64,000 nucleotides of DNA from Ferruginibacter sp. (GTDB taxonomy: Bacteria > Bacteroidota > Bacteroidia > Chitinophagales > Chitinophagaceae), in NCBI GenBank assembly GCA_031416275.1, contig JANOTH010000119.1:7676-71675 (forward strand), written 5' to 3'. Within the stretch, counting starts at the first letter, position 1; each line of letters opens with the position of its first letter. This document shows positions 10,006-17,886 of this stretch, piece after piece. Made by a program: the position numbers and the translations under genes. The notes under the pieces are model-generated. The model searched no databases, had not been told where the DNA came from, and saw only the letters and a list, made by a program, of their open reading frames with translations.

Positions 10006-10034
10006 ACCGTAATAGGCCTTGGCGTCTTTACGGT
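10006..10034. repeat. Intergenic hairpin / REP-like element
   Basis: ACCGTAA-(15 nt)-TTACGGT inverted repeat, 14 nt upstream of the hydratase ATG. Confidence 0.4.
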
Positions 10035-10048
10035 AAAACAAAAATAAT

Positions 10049-10816
10049 ATGACAGAAACACAAGAAGGATATGTAACCTCAGAAACACATGCAGGCGTTA
10101 CAACAATTGAATTTGGGCATCCACAAAGCAATTCCATGCCAACAAAGCAATTGGAAAAACTTGCACAGGAAATTCATTTTGCGGGAACACATGCAGAAAC
10201 AAAAGTGATCATTTTAAAAAGTGCAGGCGAAAAGTCATTTTGCTCAGGAGCATCTTTTGATGAGTTACTACAGATAAGTGATAAGGCAACCGGCGAAAAG
10301 TTTTTTAGTGGCTTTGCAAATGTTATAAACAACATGCGCCGTTGCCCAAAGTTTATAATTGTTCGCATACAAGGCAAATGTGTTGGTGGTGGTGTTGGTA
10401 TTGCTGCTGCGGCAGATTATGCAATTGCTGTAGAAGGTGCAGATATAAAACTGAGTGAACTTGCAGTAGGTATAGGCCCTTTTGTAGTTGGTCCGGCAGT
10501 AGAGAGAAAAATTGGTGTCGCAGCTTTTAGTGCACTTTCTATAGATGCTACCATGTGGCGCAACAGTGATTGGGCAAAAAAGAAAGGCTTGTTTGCAGAA
10601 GTACATGAAAATAGTACCAATATGGATGAGTCTGTAAAACGACTTGCAAATACACTTGCCCACTCAAACCCCGAAGCAATGGCGGAAATGAAAAAAGTTT
10701 TTTGGAAGGGTACAGAAAATTGGGATACGCTGCTGCACGAAAGAGCACTTATAAGTGGTAAATTAATACTGAGTAGTTTTAGCAAAGAAGCTATTGGAAA
10801 ATTTAAAGCAAAATAG
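10049..10816 (+). CDS. Enoyl-CoA hydratase/isomerase family protein
   Basis: 255 aa; FCSGASF oxyanion loop, GKCVGGGVGIAAAAD, SELAVGIGP. Confidence 0.92.
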   Translation: MTETQEGYVTSETHAGVTTIEFGHPQSNSMPTKQLEKLAQEIHFAGTHAETKVIILKSAGEKSFCSGASFDELLQISDKATGEKFFSGFANVINNMRRCPKFIIVRIQGKCVGGGVGIAAAADYAIAVEGADIKLSELAVGIGPFVVGPAVERKIGVAAFSALSIDATMWRNSDWAKKKGLFAEVHENSTNMDESVKRLANTLAHSNPEAMAEMKKVFWKGTENWDTLLHERALISGKLILSSFSKEAIGKFKAK

Positions 10817-10831
10817 AAATTCTAAAAAGAC

Positions 10832-10862
10832 AAACCCCGAGAAAACTTCCCGGGGTTTATTA
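10832..10862 (+). terminator. Intrinsic terminator between convergent genes
   Basis: AAACCCCG-AGAAAACTTCC-CGGGGTTT hairpin followed by AT-rich sequence. Confidence 0.75.
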
Positions 10863-10934
10863 TTATATTGCTATGATTCGTTAATTACTGCTAATGGTTC
10901 TTATGCCAAAATATAATCTAATGTTTCTGTACGC

Positions 10935-11411
10935 TTATCCGAATTTATAATGTTGTTCATTTGCTGGAAAGAACAAGTGTGTGATGGAATTTTTAATCTT
11001 CTGTGGAAAAGACATAGGCTCGTGCGCTGGTTGTCCAAAAAATTCAGCCTGCATAATTTTCATTTTAACAAGCACAATTGATTTTTCAGTAATACCATAA
11101 ATATTTTTCTCGGGCTCAATTTCTTCGTTCTCTTCTTTTACAATGATGGCCTTGCCACTTATACAAAGCCTTTCTCCATACCCTTTTTTGTGATAATCTA
11201 AATATGCATAAAATGGATGGTCAATATTTTTTGCAAAGTTTCCATTACACGATGTAAAGAAGTAAATGTTACCATCTTCATCAACACTTATCGTTTGAAT
11301 AACGTTTGTAGGTAATGTTAACTCTGAATTTGTTTCAGATTTAAATAAGGCAACTTTCGTCTCCATTATTTTATCCCGCAAAAATGTAAGGTGTGTATCG
11401 TTGTACTGCAT
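10935..11411 (-). CDS. Divergent pyridoxamine 5'-phosphate oxidase-like / general stress protein 26-like protein
   Basis: Start reassigned to ATG 11411 (MQYNDTHLTFLRDKI, 158 aa); VDEDGNIYFFT and LCISGKAIIV fit the split-barrel FMN-binding family. The longer ORF-track version overlaps TopIB and its promoter. Confidence 0.75.
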   Translation of the reverse strand: MQYNDTHLTFLRDKIMETKVALFKSETNSELTLPTNVIQTISVDEDGNIYFFTSCNGNFAKNIDHPFYAYLDYHKKGYGERLCISGKAIIVKEENEEIEPEKNIYGITEKSIVLVKMKIMQAEFFGQPAHEPMSFPQKIKNSITHLFFPANEQHYKFG

Positions 11412-11436
11412 AAGGTGATTTTTGTAGTTATAAAAA

Positions 11437-11452
11437 TTCAAACGATATACCA
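11437..11452 (-). promoter_or_regulatory. Putative sigma54 promoter of the GSP26-like gene
   Basis: Minus strand TGGTATA-TCGT-TTGAA, 25 nt upstream of ATG 11411. Confidence 0.6.
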
Positions 11453-11491
11453 AATTCATTTTATCGCTAATTGGTCGTTTGACTTTAAATA

Positions 11492-11509
11492 CGTAGAAAG
11501 GTTTACACA
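11492..11509. promoter_or_regulatory. Candidate enhancer (bEBP-binding) dyad
   Basis: CGTAGA-AAGGTT-TACACA between two divergent sigma54-like elements; similar to 33133-33150. Confidence 0.4.
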
Positions 11510-11570
11510 TAGATTGTAGAAAAAACGTTGTTAATGTAAAAAAGCAGGAAGAATTATACTCAATATTGAC

Positions 11571-11586
11571 AGGCACAAAACTTTCA
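11571..11586 (+). promoter_or_regulatory. Putative sigma54 promoter of TopIB
   Basis: AGGCACA-AAAC-TTTCA, 38 nt upstream of ATG 11625. Confidence 0.55.
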
Positions 11587-11624
11587 TGTATTAAATCCAT
11601 CGTATAAAACCACGGTTTTGTTTT

Positions 11625-12716
11625 ATGACAGCAGTAGATGAAATGATTGAACTTTTGCCCAAAAAGGATATTGCAAAAATTATTAAAGATCCAATAAAGA
11701 CTGCAGAAGCCGCAAACCTTGTGTATGTAACAGATGCAACGCCCGGTATAGTAAGGCAAAAAAAGGCAAGCGACTTTTTTTATGCACTTGGAAAAGAAAA
11801 ACTAAAAGATGAAATGCAGCTTAAAAGGATAAAAAGCCTTGTAATTCCGCCTGCCTGGGAAAATGTTTGGATCTGCGCTTTAGAAAATGGTCATTTACAG
11901 GCAACAGGTATTGATGTAAAAATGCGGAAACAATATCGATATCACCCCGCATGGAATGCTTTACGCAACCATACAAAATTTTATAGGTTGTTGGAGTTTG
12001 GTAAAGTATTGCCCGCAATAAGGCTGCAACTGGAAAAAGATTTGTCGGTAAAAGACCTCACCCAACAAAAAGTGCTGGCAACCGTGGTTAGTTTAATGGA
12101 GCGCACCAACATACGGGTTGGCAATAATGTTTACGAAAAATTATACGGGTCATTTGGGTTAACAACCTTAAAAGATAAGCATGTACAATTTAATGCCGGC
12201 AGTGTAAAGTTTTCTTTTGTTGGTAAAAAAGGAGTTAAACATGATATCAGTTTAAAGAACAAAAAACTTGCTTCCATTGTTCAAAAATGCAGAGATATTC
12301 CCGGCAAAGAATTGTTTCAATATTACAACCAAGATGGCAGCCGACATAGCATTGACAGCGGTATGGTTAATGAGTACATAAAAAACATTAGCGGTAAAGA
12401 TTTTTCTGCGAAAGATTTTAGAACATGGTCCGGAACAGTGAATGCATTTTTAGCATTTAAAGAAATTGGGTTTGGAGACAAGGAAAGTGTAATAAAGAAA
12501 AATATTGCGCAGGCGCTCGATAAAGTGGCAGAGCATTTGGGTAATACAAGAACAGTATGTAGAAAGTATTACGTGCATCCACTAATTATTTCTTTGTACG
12601 AAAATAAAAGCTTGGATAAATATTTTAACCAGCTCGATAAAATTGAGGAAAATGATGGAAAAGCAGATCTCACACAGGAAGAAAAACTTATCATGAAAAT
12701 ACTTGAATCAAACTAA
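11625..12716 (+). CDS. Bacterial DNA topoisomerase IB
   Basis: 363 aa; IPPAWENVWI, GRKQYRY-like MRKQYRYH, IRVGN (Arg), FVGKKG (Lys), KDFRTW (Arg), LGNT (Asn), CRKYY (Tyr nucleophile). Confidence 0.95.
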   Translation: MTAVDEMIELLPKKDIAKIIKDPIKTAEAANLVYVTDATPGIVRQKKASDFFYALGKEKLKDEMQLKRIKSLVIPPAWENVWICALENGHLQATGIDVKMRKQYRYHPAWNALRNHTKFYRLLEFGKVLPAIRLQLEKDLSVKDLTQQKVLATVVSLMERTNIRVGNNVYEKLYGSFGLTTLKDKHVQFNAGSVKFSFVGKKGVKHDISLKNKKLASIVQKCRDIPGKELFQYYNQDGSRHSIDSGMVNEYIKNISGKDFSAKDFRTWSGTVNAFLAFKEIGFGDKESVIKKNIAQALDKVAEHLGNTRTVCRKYYVHPLIISLYENKSLDKYFNQLDKIEENDGKADLTQEEKLIMKILESN

Positions 12717-12726
12717 AAAATTAATT

Positions 12727-12978
12727 ATGAAAAACATTGAAATTACAATAAAATATGCGGGCTCAGAAATGGCCGTTCATATTTTACCGGAAGAAAACTG
12801 TAATGGTATAATGTACCCGGTAGAAGCAGATGGAAAATACATGTTTACTTTTTTGGAAGATGAAGAGGGTGATTGGAGTGTAATGAAAGAGGCAGATGCT
12901 AGAACCCCCTTAGTAGACGAGGAATTGTATGAGGTTATTTTGAAAAGATTGCATTACGAATTATTATATGCAGCCTAG
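12727..12978 (+). CDS. Small acidic hypothetical protein
   Basis: 83 aa from ATG 12727 (MKNIEITIKY), 10 nt after the TopIB stop; an alternative ATG at 12703 overlaps TopIB. Confidence 0.7.
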   Translation: MKNIEITIKYAGSEMAVHILPEENCNGIMYPVEADGKYMFTFLEDEEGDWSVMKEADARTPLVDEELYEVILKRLHYELLYAA

Positions 12979-13053
12979 AAAATTAGAACCATATATTTAT
13001 TTTACATAATTATGAATGATTAGGTGAAAATTTATTGATAATTTGAAAGGGTT

Positions 13054-14253
13054 ATGCATAGAAAGTTTGATGAGGCAGAACGCCTTAAAGAAGTGAGTTC
13101 CTATAAAATTGAAGATACCCTTACCGAAAAAGAATATGATGATATTGCTTTTCTGGCATCATTAATTTGCGGTACACCCATAGCACTTGTAACCCTTGTA
13201 TATGAAGACAGACAATGGTTTAAAGCTACTGTGGGCACAGAGTTAAAAGAAAATAAAAGAGAACTGTCTTTTTGTACCCACGCCATTTCAGGAGAAGAAG
13301 ATGTAATGGTGGTAGAAGATGCAACAGTTGATAATAGATTTATGCATAATCCACTTGTGCAGGGTGGTCCACAACTAGTTTTTTATGCAGGTGCCCCTAT
13401 TGTAAACAAAAATGGTTACAGCCTAGGCACTGTGTGTGTGTATGATGTAGAAAAAAAATCACTGACTGATGCACAGGTAAAAGGACTAAAAATGTTGTCA
13501 GCACAGGTGATGGGTTTATTGGAATTAAGAAAACAAAATTTTCAGTTAGAAATGATGAAAGACCGACTGGAAATTAGCAATAAAAGCCTGGAAGCATTTG
13601 CTATGGTTTTAGCGCATGATATTAAAACACCCTTGACCAGTGTAACACTTGCAAACAATATGTTGGAAGAAGAGGCCGACGAAGCCAAGCTTGATGTAAA
13701 AGATCTTACAGATATTATTAAGAAAAATGCAGAAAAGATAAAAAGGTTGGTAGATGGAATACTTACCAATGCTAAAATTGCTGAAAAACATAATACACTA
13801 AATGAAATTGAATTGTTATCTTTTTTAGAAAAATTAAGATCTGCATTGTTTTGCCCTAAACCGTTACACTTTATTTATTCTTTAAACATACATAAGTTGT
13901 TTTTTAATGAAATACAACTGGAACAGCTTTTTAATAATTTATTCACCAATGCTATTAGGTATAATGATAAAGAAAGTGTTGAAATAAAGATATCTGCAAA
14001 ACAAAATAATGGGTTTTACAATTTTGAAGTAACTGATAATGGAATGGGAATAGCCATGGAAAACCAATCATCTATTTTTAAACTCTTTGAAACTGTAAAC
14101 GAAAAAGATAATTACGGCCTTGAAAGTAGCGGCATTGGATTAAGCATTGTAAAAAAAATTATTTCAGCTGCAGAAGGTTCTATCAAAATAACATCTAACC
14201 CAGGCGAATACACCACTTTTATTTTTGGATTAAAAATGGCCGAGGAAAAATAG
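13054..14253 (+). CDS. GAF-domain sensor histidine kinase (cytoplasmic)
   Basis: 399 aa; GAF (ICGTPIALVT...FCTHAI...FYAGAPI...LGTVCVYD); H-box AHDIKTPL; NNLFTNAIRY; DNGMGI; GIGLSIVKKII; no TM segment. Confidence 0.93.
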   Translation: MHRKFDEAERLKEVSSYKIEDTLTEKEYDDIAFLASLICGTPIALVTLVYEDRQWFKATVGTELKENKRELSFCTHAISGEEDVMVVEDATVDNRFMHNPLVQGGPQLVFYAGAPIVNKNGYSLGTVCVYDVEKKSLTDAQVKGLKMLSAQVMGLLELRKQNFQLEMMKDRLEISNKSLEAFAMVLAHDIKTPLTSVTLANNMLEEEADEAKLDVKDLTDIIKKNAEKIKRLVDGILTNAKIAEKHNTLNEIELLSFLEKLRSALFCPKPLHFIYSLNIHKLFFNEIQLEQLFNNLFTNAIRYNDKESVEIKISAKQNNGFYNFEVTDNGMGIAMENQSSIFKLFETVNEKDNYGLESSGIGLSIVKKIISAAEGSIKITSNPGEYTTFIFGLKMAEEK

Positions 14254-14411
14254 ACACTCTAAAAAATCTTCTCTCATTTATTTTAAAATGCATTGTTCAT
14301 CAATTGTATTTTATATTTTGTTAAATATCTCTGCATAAAAATTGCAATACCCCTTCAGTGGATAAATTGTAAATTTTATTCCCCGCAATAATCATAAATA
14401 AAATATACAAC

Positions 14412-15188
14412 ATGAGACCAATATGGACAGGCGCCATTGGCTTCGGTTTGGTTAACATACCGGTTAAATTATACAGTGCCACCGAGAGCAGCGATGTTGA
14501 TTTGGATATGCTCGATAAAAAAGACCATAGCCATATTAAGTATTTAAGGGTAAATGAAAAAACCGGTAAAGAAGTGCCTTGGAGCAATATTGTAAAAGGA
14601 TACGATACGGGTAGCAAATATGTAGTGCTGGATGAAGCGGATTTCGAAAAAGCCGGTGCTGAAAAAACAAAGCTGATAGAAATTACTGATTTTGTAAAGC
14701 AGGAAGAAATAGATAGTGTGTATTATGAAACGCCTTATTATTTAGCTCCTGAAAAAAGTGGCGTGCGTCCGTATGCATTGCTGCGGGAAGCATTGATAAA
14801 AACTAAACGAGCTGGTGTGGCGAGTTTTGTAATGAGGAATAAAGAACACCTTGCAATACTAAGAGTATCGGGAGATGCCATTATTTTAAACCGCATTCGT
14901 TTTCATGAAGAGATAAGATCCACAGCAGAGTTGGCATTACCTGCAAAGACAGTTGTAAAACCTGCAGAGTTAAAAATGGCTATTGCTTTGGTGGATCAAC
15001 TATCGGGTAGGTTCGATATTACCGGTTATAAAGACAGTTACACCGCCTCATTAATGAAAGTGATAAATGCAAAAGCAAAAGGCAAAAAAACTGAGGTGCC
15101 TGTTTTAAAAGTGGTACACAGCAAAGCAAAAGATTTAATGGAACAATTAAAAGCCAGCATTGAAACTAAACGCAAAAAAGTCTCTTAA
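14412..15188 (+). CDS. ku: Non-homologous end-joining protein Ku
   Basis: 258 aa; IWTGAIGFGLVNIPVKLYSA, IDSVYYETPYYL, YKDSY, DLMEQLKASI, basic tail. Confidence 0.96.
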   Translation: MRPIWTGAIGFGLVNIPVKLYSATESSDVDLDMLDKKDHSHIKYLRVNEKTGKEVPWSNIVKGYDTGSKYVVLDEADFEKAGAEKTKLIEITDFVKQEEIDSVYYETPYYLAPEKSGVRPYALLREALIKTKRAGVASFVMRNKEHLAILRVSGDAIILNRIRFHEEIRSTAELALPAKTVVKPAELKMAIALVDQLSGRFDITGYKDSYTASLMKVINAKAKGKKTEVPVLKVVHSKAKDLMEQLKASIETKRKKVS

Positions 15189-15190
15189 TT

Positions 15191-15811
15191 ATGAGCCTTT
15201 CTTTATACAATAAAAAAAGAAAATTTAATGATACGCCCGAGCCTGGCGGAAAAATATCTGTTGACAAAACACAATTTTCTTTTGTAGTGCAACGCCACAA
15301 AGCAAGCCATTTACATTACGACTTTAGGTTAGAAATGGATGGTGTGTTAAAAAGCTGGGCGGTGCCAAAAGGCCCATCGTTAAACCCGGCAGATAAACGA
15401 CTGGCTATGATGGTAGAAGATCATCCTTACGATTACAAAGATTTTAAAGGAATAATACCTGAAGGTAATTATGGTGCAGGTATAGTTGAAATTTGGGACC
15501 AAGGCACTTACTCCGCTTTTACAGATGATAAAACAGCTGACCATAAAAAAGTATTAAAAGCAGGATTGAAAGCCGGCAATTTAAAATTTGTTTTAAAAGG
15601 AAAGAAATTAAAGGGTGAATTTGCGCTGGTAAAAATTAAAAATAAAAACAGCGATAAAGACAATGCATGGCTGCTTATAAAACACAACGACAGCTTCGCA
15701 ACAGATAAACTGTACGACAGTGAAAAAGAAACACCGAAAAACTCACCTATAAACAAAGCGTTTGCTGAAAAATTAACATCGGCTGTAAAAAAAAAGCCAA
15801 GTACAGCCTAA
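15191..15811 (+). CDS. ligD: LigD 3'-phosphoesterase (PE) domain ORF; N-terminal part of a split ligD
   Basis: 206 aa; FVVQRHKASHLHYDFRLE, SWAVPKGPS, MVEDHPYDY, YGAGIVEIWDQG, WLLIKH; ends just after a 9-A run. Confidence 0.93.
   Translation: MSLSLYNKKRKFNDTPEPGGKISVDKTQFSFVVQRHKASHLHYDFRLEMDGVLKSWAVPKGPSLNPADKRLAMMVEDHPYDYKDFKGIIPEGNYGAGIVEIWDQGTYSAFTDDKTADHKKVLKAGLKAGNLKFVLKGKKLKGEFALVKIKNKNSDKDNAWLLIKHNDSFATDKLYDSEKETPKNSPINKAFAEKLTSAVKKKPSTA
15787..15796 (+). other. Candidate -1 frameshift / transcriptional slippage site A9G (A_AAA_AAG)
   Basis: PE frame reads GTA AAA AAA AAG CCA. The -1 frame is open from 15769 into the ligase ORF and encodes KAKYSLRANPQKIHNPVKPMLAK. Confidence 0.65.
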
Positions 15812-15849
15812 GGGCAAATCCTCAAAAAATACATAATCCTGTAAAGCCA

Positions 15850-17730
15850 ATGCTGGCTAAAGAAAGTACAGAAGTATTTGATAGCAAAGAATGGATCTAC
15901 GAAATAAAATGGGATGGCTATCGAGCTATTGCAGAGGTTTTGCCAAAAGAAATTAAATTATACTCCCGCAACGGCAACGTCTTTTCGCAAAAATATCCGC
16001 TTATTGCAGAAGAATTAAAGAAGATAAAACATGATGCTATTCTTGATGGTGAGATTGTGGTATTAAATGAAAATGGATTTCCTGATTTTCAGAAAATGCA
16101 GCATTATGAGGATAATACAAACTTCCCCTTATGTTATTATGTATTCGATTTATTGATGTTGGATGGAAATGACATCAAACATTTACCCCTTACAGACAGA
16201 AAGGAACTGCTCAAAAGCATATTACCTAAAAATGAGGTGATTCAATTCTCAGATCATGTTTTGGAAAGCGGAACAGACTTTTTTAATGCAGCACTACAAA
16301 ACAACCTGGAAGGCATAATGGCTAAAAAAACGGACAGCGAATATTATACAGGAAGCCGAAGCAATGAATGGCTGAAAATAAAAAACCATAAAACAGCTGA
16401 TGTAATTATTTGTGGATATACCGCACCAACCGGCAGTAGAAAATATTTTGGCTCCCTTGTTTTAGGCATAATGAAAAATAAAAAACTTGTCCATACCGGG
16501 CATGCAGGAACAGGATATGATGAAGAGACATTAAAAACCATTTTTAATGTATTGCAACCATATGTTCAAAGCAAATCGCCTTTTGCAGAAAAAGTAATTA
16601 CCAATAATAAGGTTACTTGGGTTAAACCCGAAATTGTATGCGAAGTAAAATTTACAGAATGGACAAAAGACGAGAAACTGCGGCACCCCGTTTTTATAAG
16701 AATAAGAGATGATAAAAATATAAAGCAAACAAATATGGAAGCGCAAAAACCTATTGAAAAAATAATTGCGAAGAAGAAAACAGCATCTGCACCGGTAAAA
16801 AAAACAACCTCAAAAAATGATGAACATTTTTTAATACAAGAAGGAAAAAATATTGTTGAAATTACACACCCTGATAAAATATATTTTTCAAATGATAAGG
16901 TTACTAAAAAAATGGTGGCGGAATATTACCAGTCAATTGCATCATACATTTTACCATTTTTAAAAGATAGACCGGAGTCTTTAAAAAGGGATCCTGGCGG
17001 AATAAAAGCAGGCGGTTTTTTTCATAAAGATGCAGGGGAAAATGCACCGCATTTTATCAAGTCATTTGCCGTGCATTCGGAGTCATCAAATAAAGAAATT
17101 GATTACATTATTTGCAACGATAAAATTACCCTTGCTTACTTAAATAATCTGGGTTGTATAGAGCTGAATCCATGGCATTCAACTTTGCAAAAACCTGACA
17201 AACCAGATTATATGATCATTGATATTGACCCATCTGAAAAAAATAATTTTGAGCAGGTAATTGATGCCGCAAATGCATTTAAAAAATTGTTAGATAAAGC
17301 GGGTACAAAAAGTTTTTGTAAAACTTCGGGCGCATCTGGGTTGCATATTTATGTACCTATGAAAAAGAAATATGATTATGAAGAAGTGAAAAATTTTGCG
17401 CATTTGTTGTGCATGATGGTAAGTGAAATGCTACCGGATTTTACAACGCTGGAAAGAAATTTAAAGAAGCGTGGCAACGAAAAAATATACCTCGATTATT
17501 TGCAAAATAGAAGCGGGCAAACTATTGCCTGTGTGTATTCTTTACGACCAAAAGATGGCGCAACAGTATCTATGCCTTTGCACTGGAAAGAAGTAAAAAA
17601 AGGGTTATCACCCAAACAATTTACCATCTTCAATGCAAAAGAAATTATTGAAAAAAGAGCGGATATTTTTAAAGGAGTTTTGGGACCTGCAACAAATATT
17701 GAGAAATGTTTAAAAAAACTGAATGTGTAA
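15850..17730 (+). CDS. ligD: LigD ATP-dependent ligase + primase-like polymerase domains
   Basis: 626 aa from ATG 15850; EIKWDGYR (motif I), LDGEIV, EGIMAKK, WLKIK, LRHPVF; POL domain PDYMIIDIDP, KTSGASGLHIY, YLDYLQN. Confidence 0.95.
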   Translation: MLAKESTEVFDSKEWIYEIKWDGYRAIAEVLPKEIKLYSRNGNVFSQKYPLIAEELKKIKHDAILDGEIVVLNENGFPDFQKMQHYEDNTNFPLCYYVFDLLMLDGNDIKHLPLTDRKELLKSILPKNEVIQFSDHVLESGTDFFNAALQNNLEGIMAKKTDSEYYTGSRSNEWLKIKNHKTADVIICGYTAPTGSRKYFGSLVLGIMKNKKLVHTGHAGTGYDEETLKTIFNVLQPYVQSKSPFAEKVITNNKVTWVKPEIVCEVKFTEWTKDEKLRHPVFIRIRDDKNIKQTNMEAQKPIEKIIAKKKTASAPVKKTTSKNDEHFLIQEGKNIVEITHPDKIYFSNDKVTKKMVAEYYQSIASYILPFLKDRPESLKRDPGGIKAGGFFHKDAGENAPHFIKSFAVHSESSNKEIDYIICNDKITLAYLNNLGCIELNPWHSTLQKPDKPDYMIIDIDPSEKNNFEQVIDAANAFKKLLDKAGTKSFCKTSGASGLHIYVPMKKKYDYEEVKNFAHLLCMMVSEMLPDFTTLERNLKKRGNEKIYLDYLQNRSGQTIACVYSLRPKDGATVSMPLHWKEVKKGLSPKQFTIFNAKEIIEKRADIFKGVLGPATNIEKCLKKLNV

Positions 17731-17811
17731 GGTTGGGAACCTTTTTCCCCAACTAAATTATTCCATTACATTTAGGCATCTTTATTTTATGATTTTATAC
17801 TTAGAGAAGGT

Positions 17812-17827
17812 GGGCATAAAAATTTCA
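17812..17827 (+). promoter_or_regulatory. Putative sigma54 promoter of the tamB operon
   Basis: GGGCATA-AAAA-TTTCA, 59 nt upstream of ATG 17887. Confidence 0.5.
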
Positions 17828-17886
17828 TATAGGGCAAAGAATTGACTGCCTCAAAAAGGTCGCTTTTAGAACCATCTTTTAACTGA

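Noticed and set aside
11412-11759. Long N-terminal extension of the 10935 ORF
   Set aside because: It overlaps TopIB and both promoter motifs; composition is not protein-like.
11625-12716. Viral or mobile origin of TopIB
   Set aside because: It has the bacterial-type LGNT motif, host-like composition, and no mobile-element boundaries.
14331-14385. sigma54 promoter for ku (CTGCATAAAAATTGCA at 14331; TGGATAAATTGTAAAT at 14359)
   Set aside because: The first has a perfect -12 box but lacks the invariant GG; the second has GG but a poor -12 box; the dyad at 14368 lies downstream of both. Not listed as a feature, so ku/ligD membership of the regulon is unproven.
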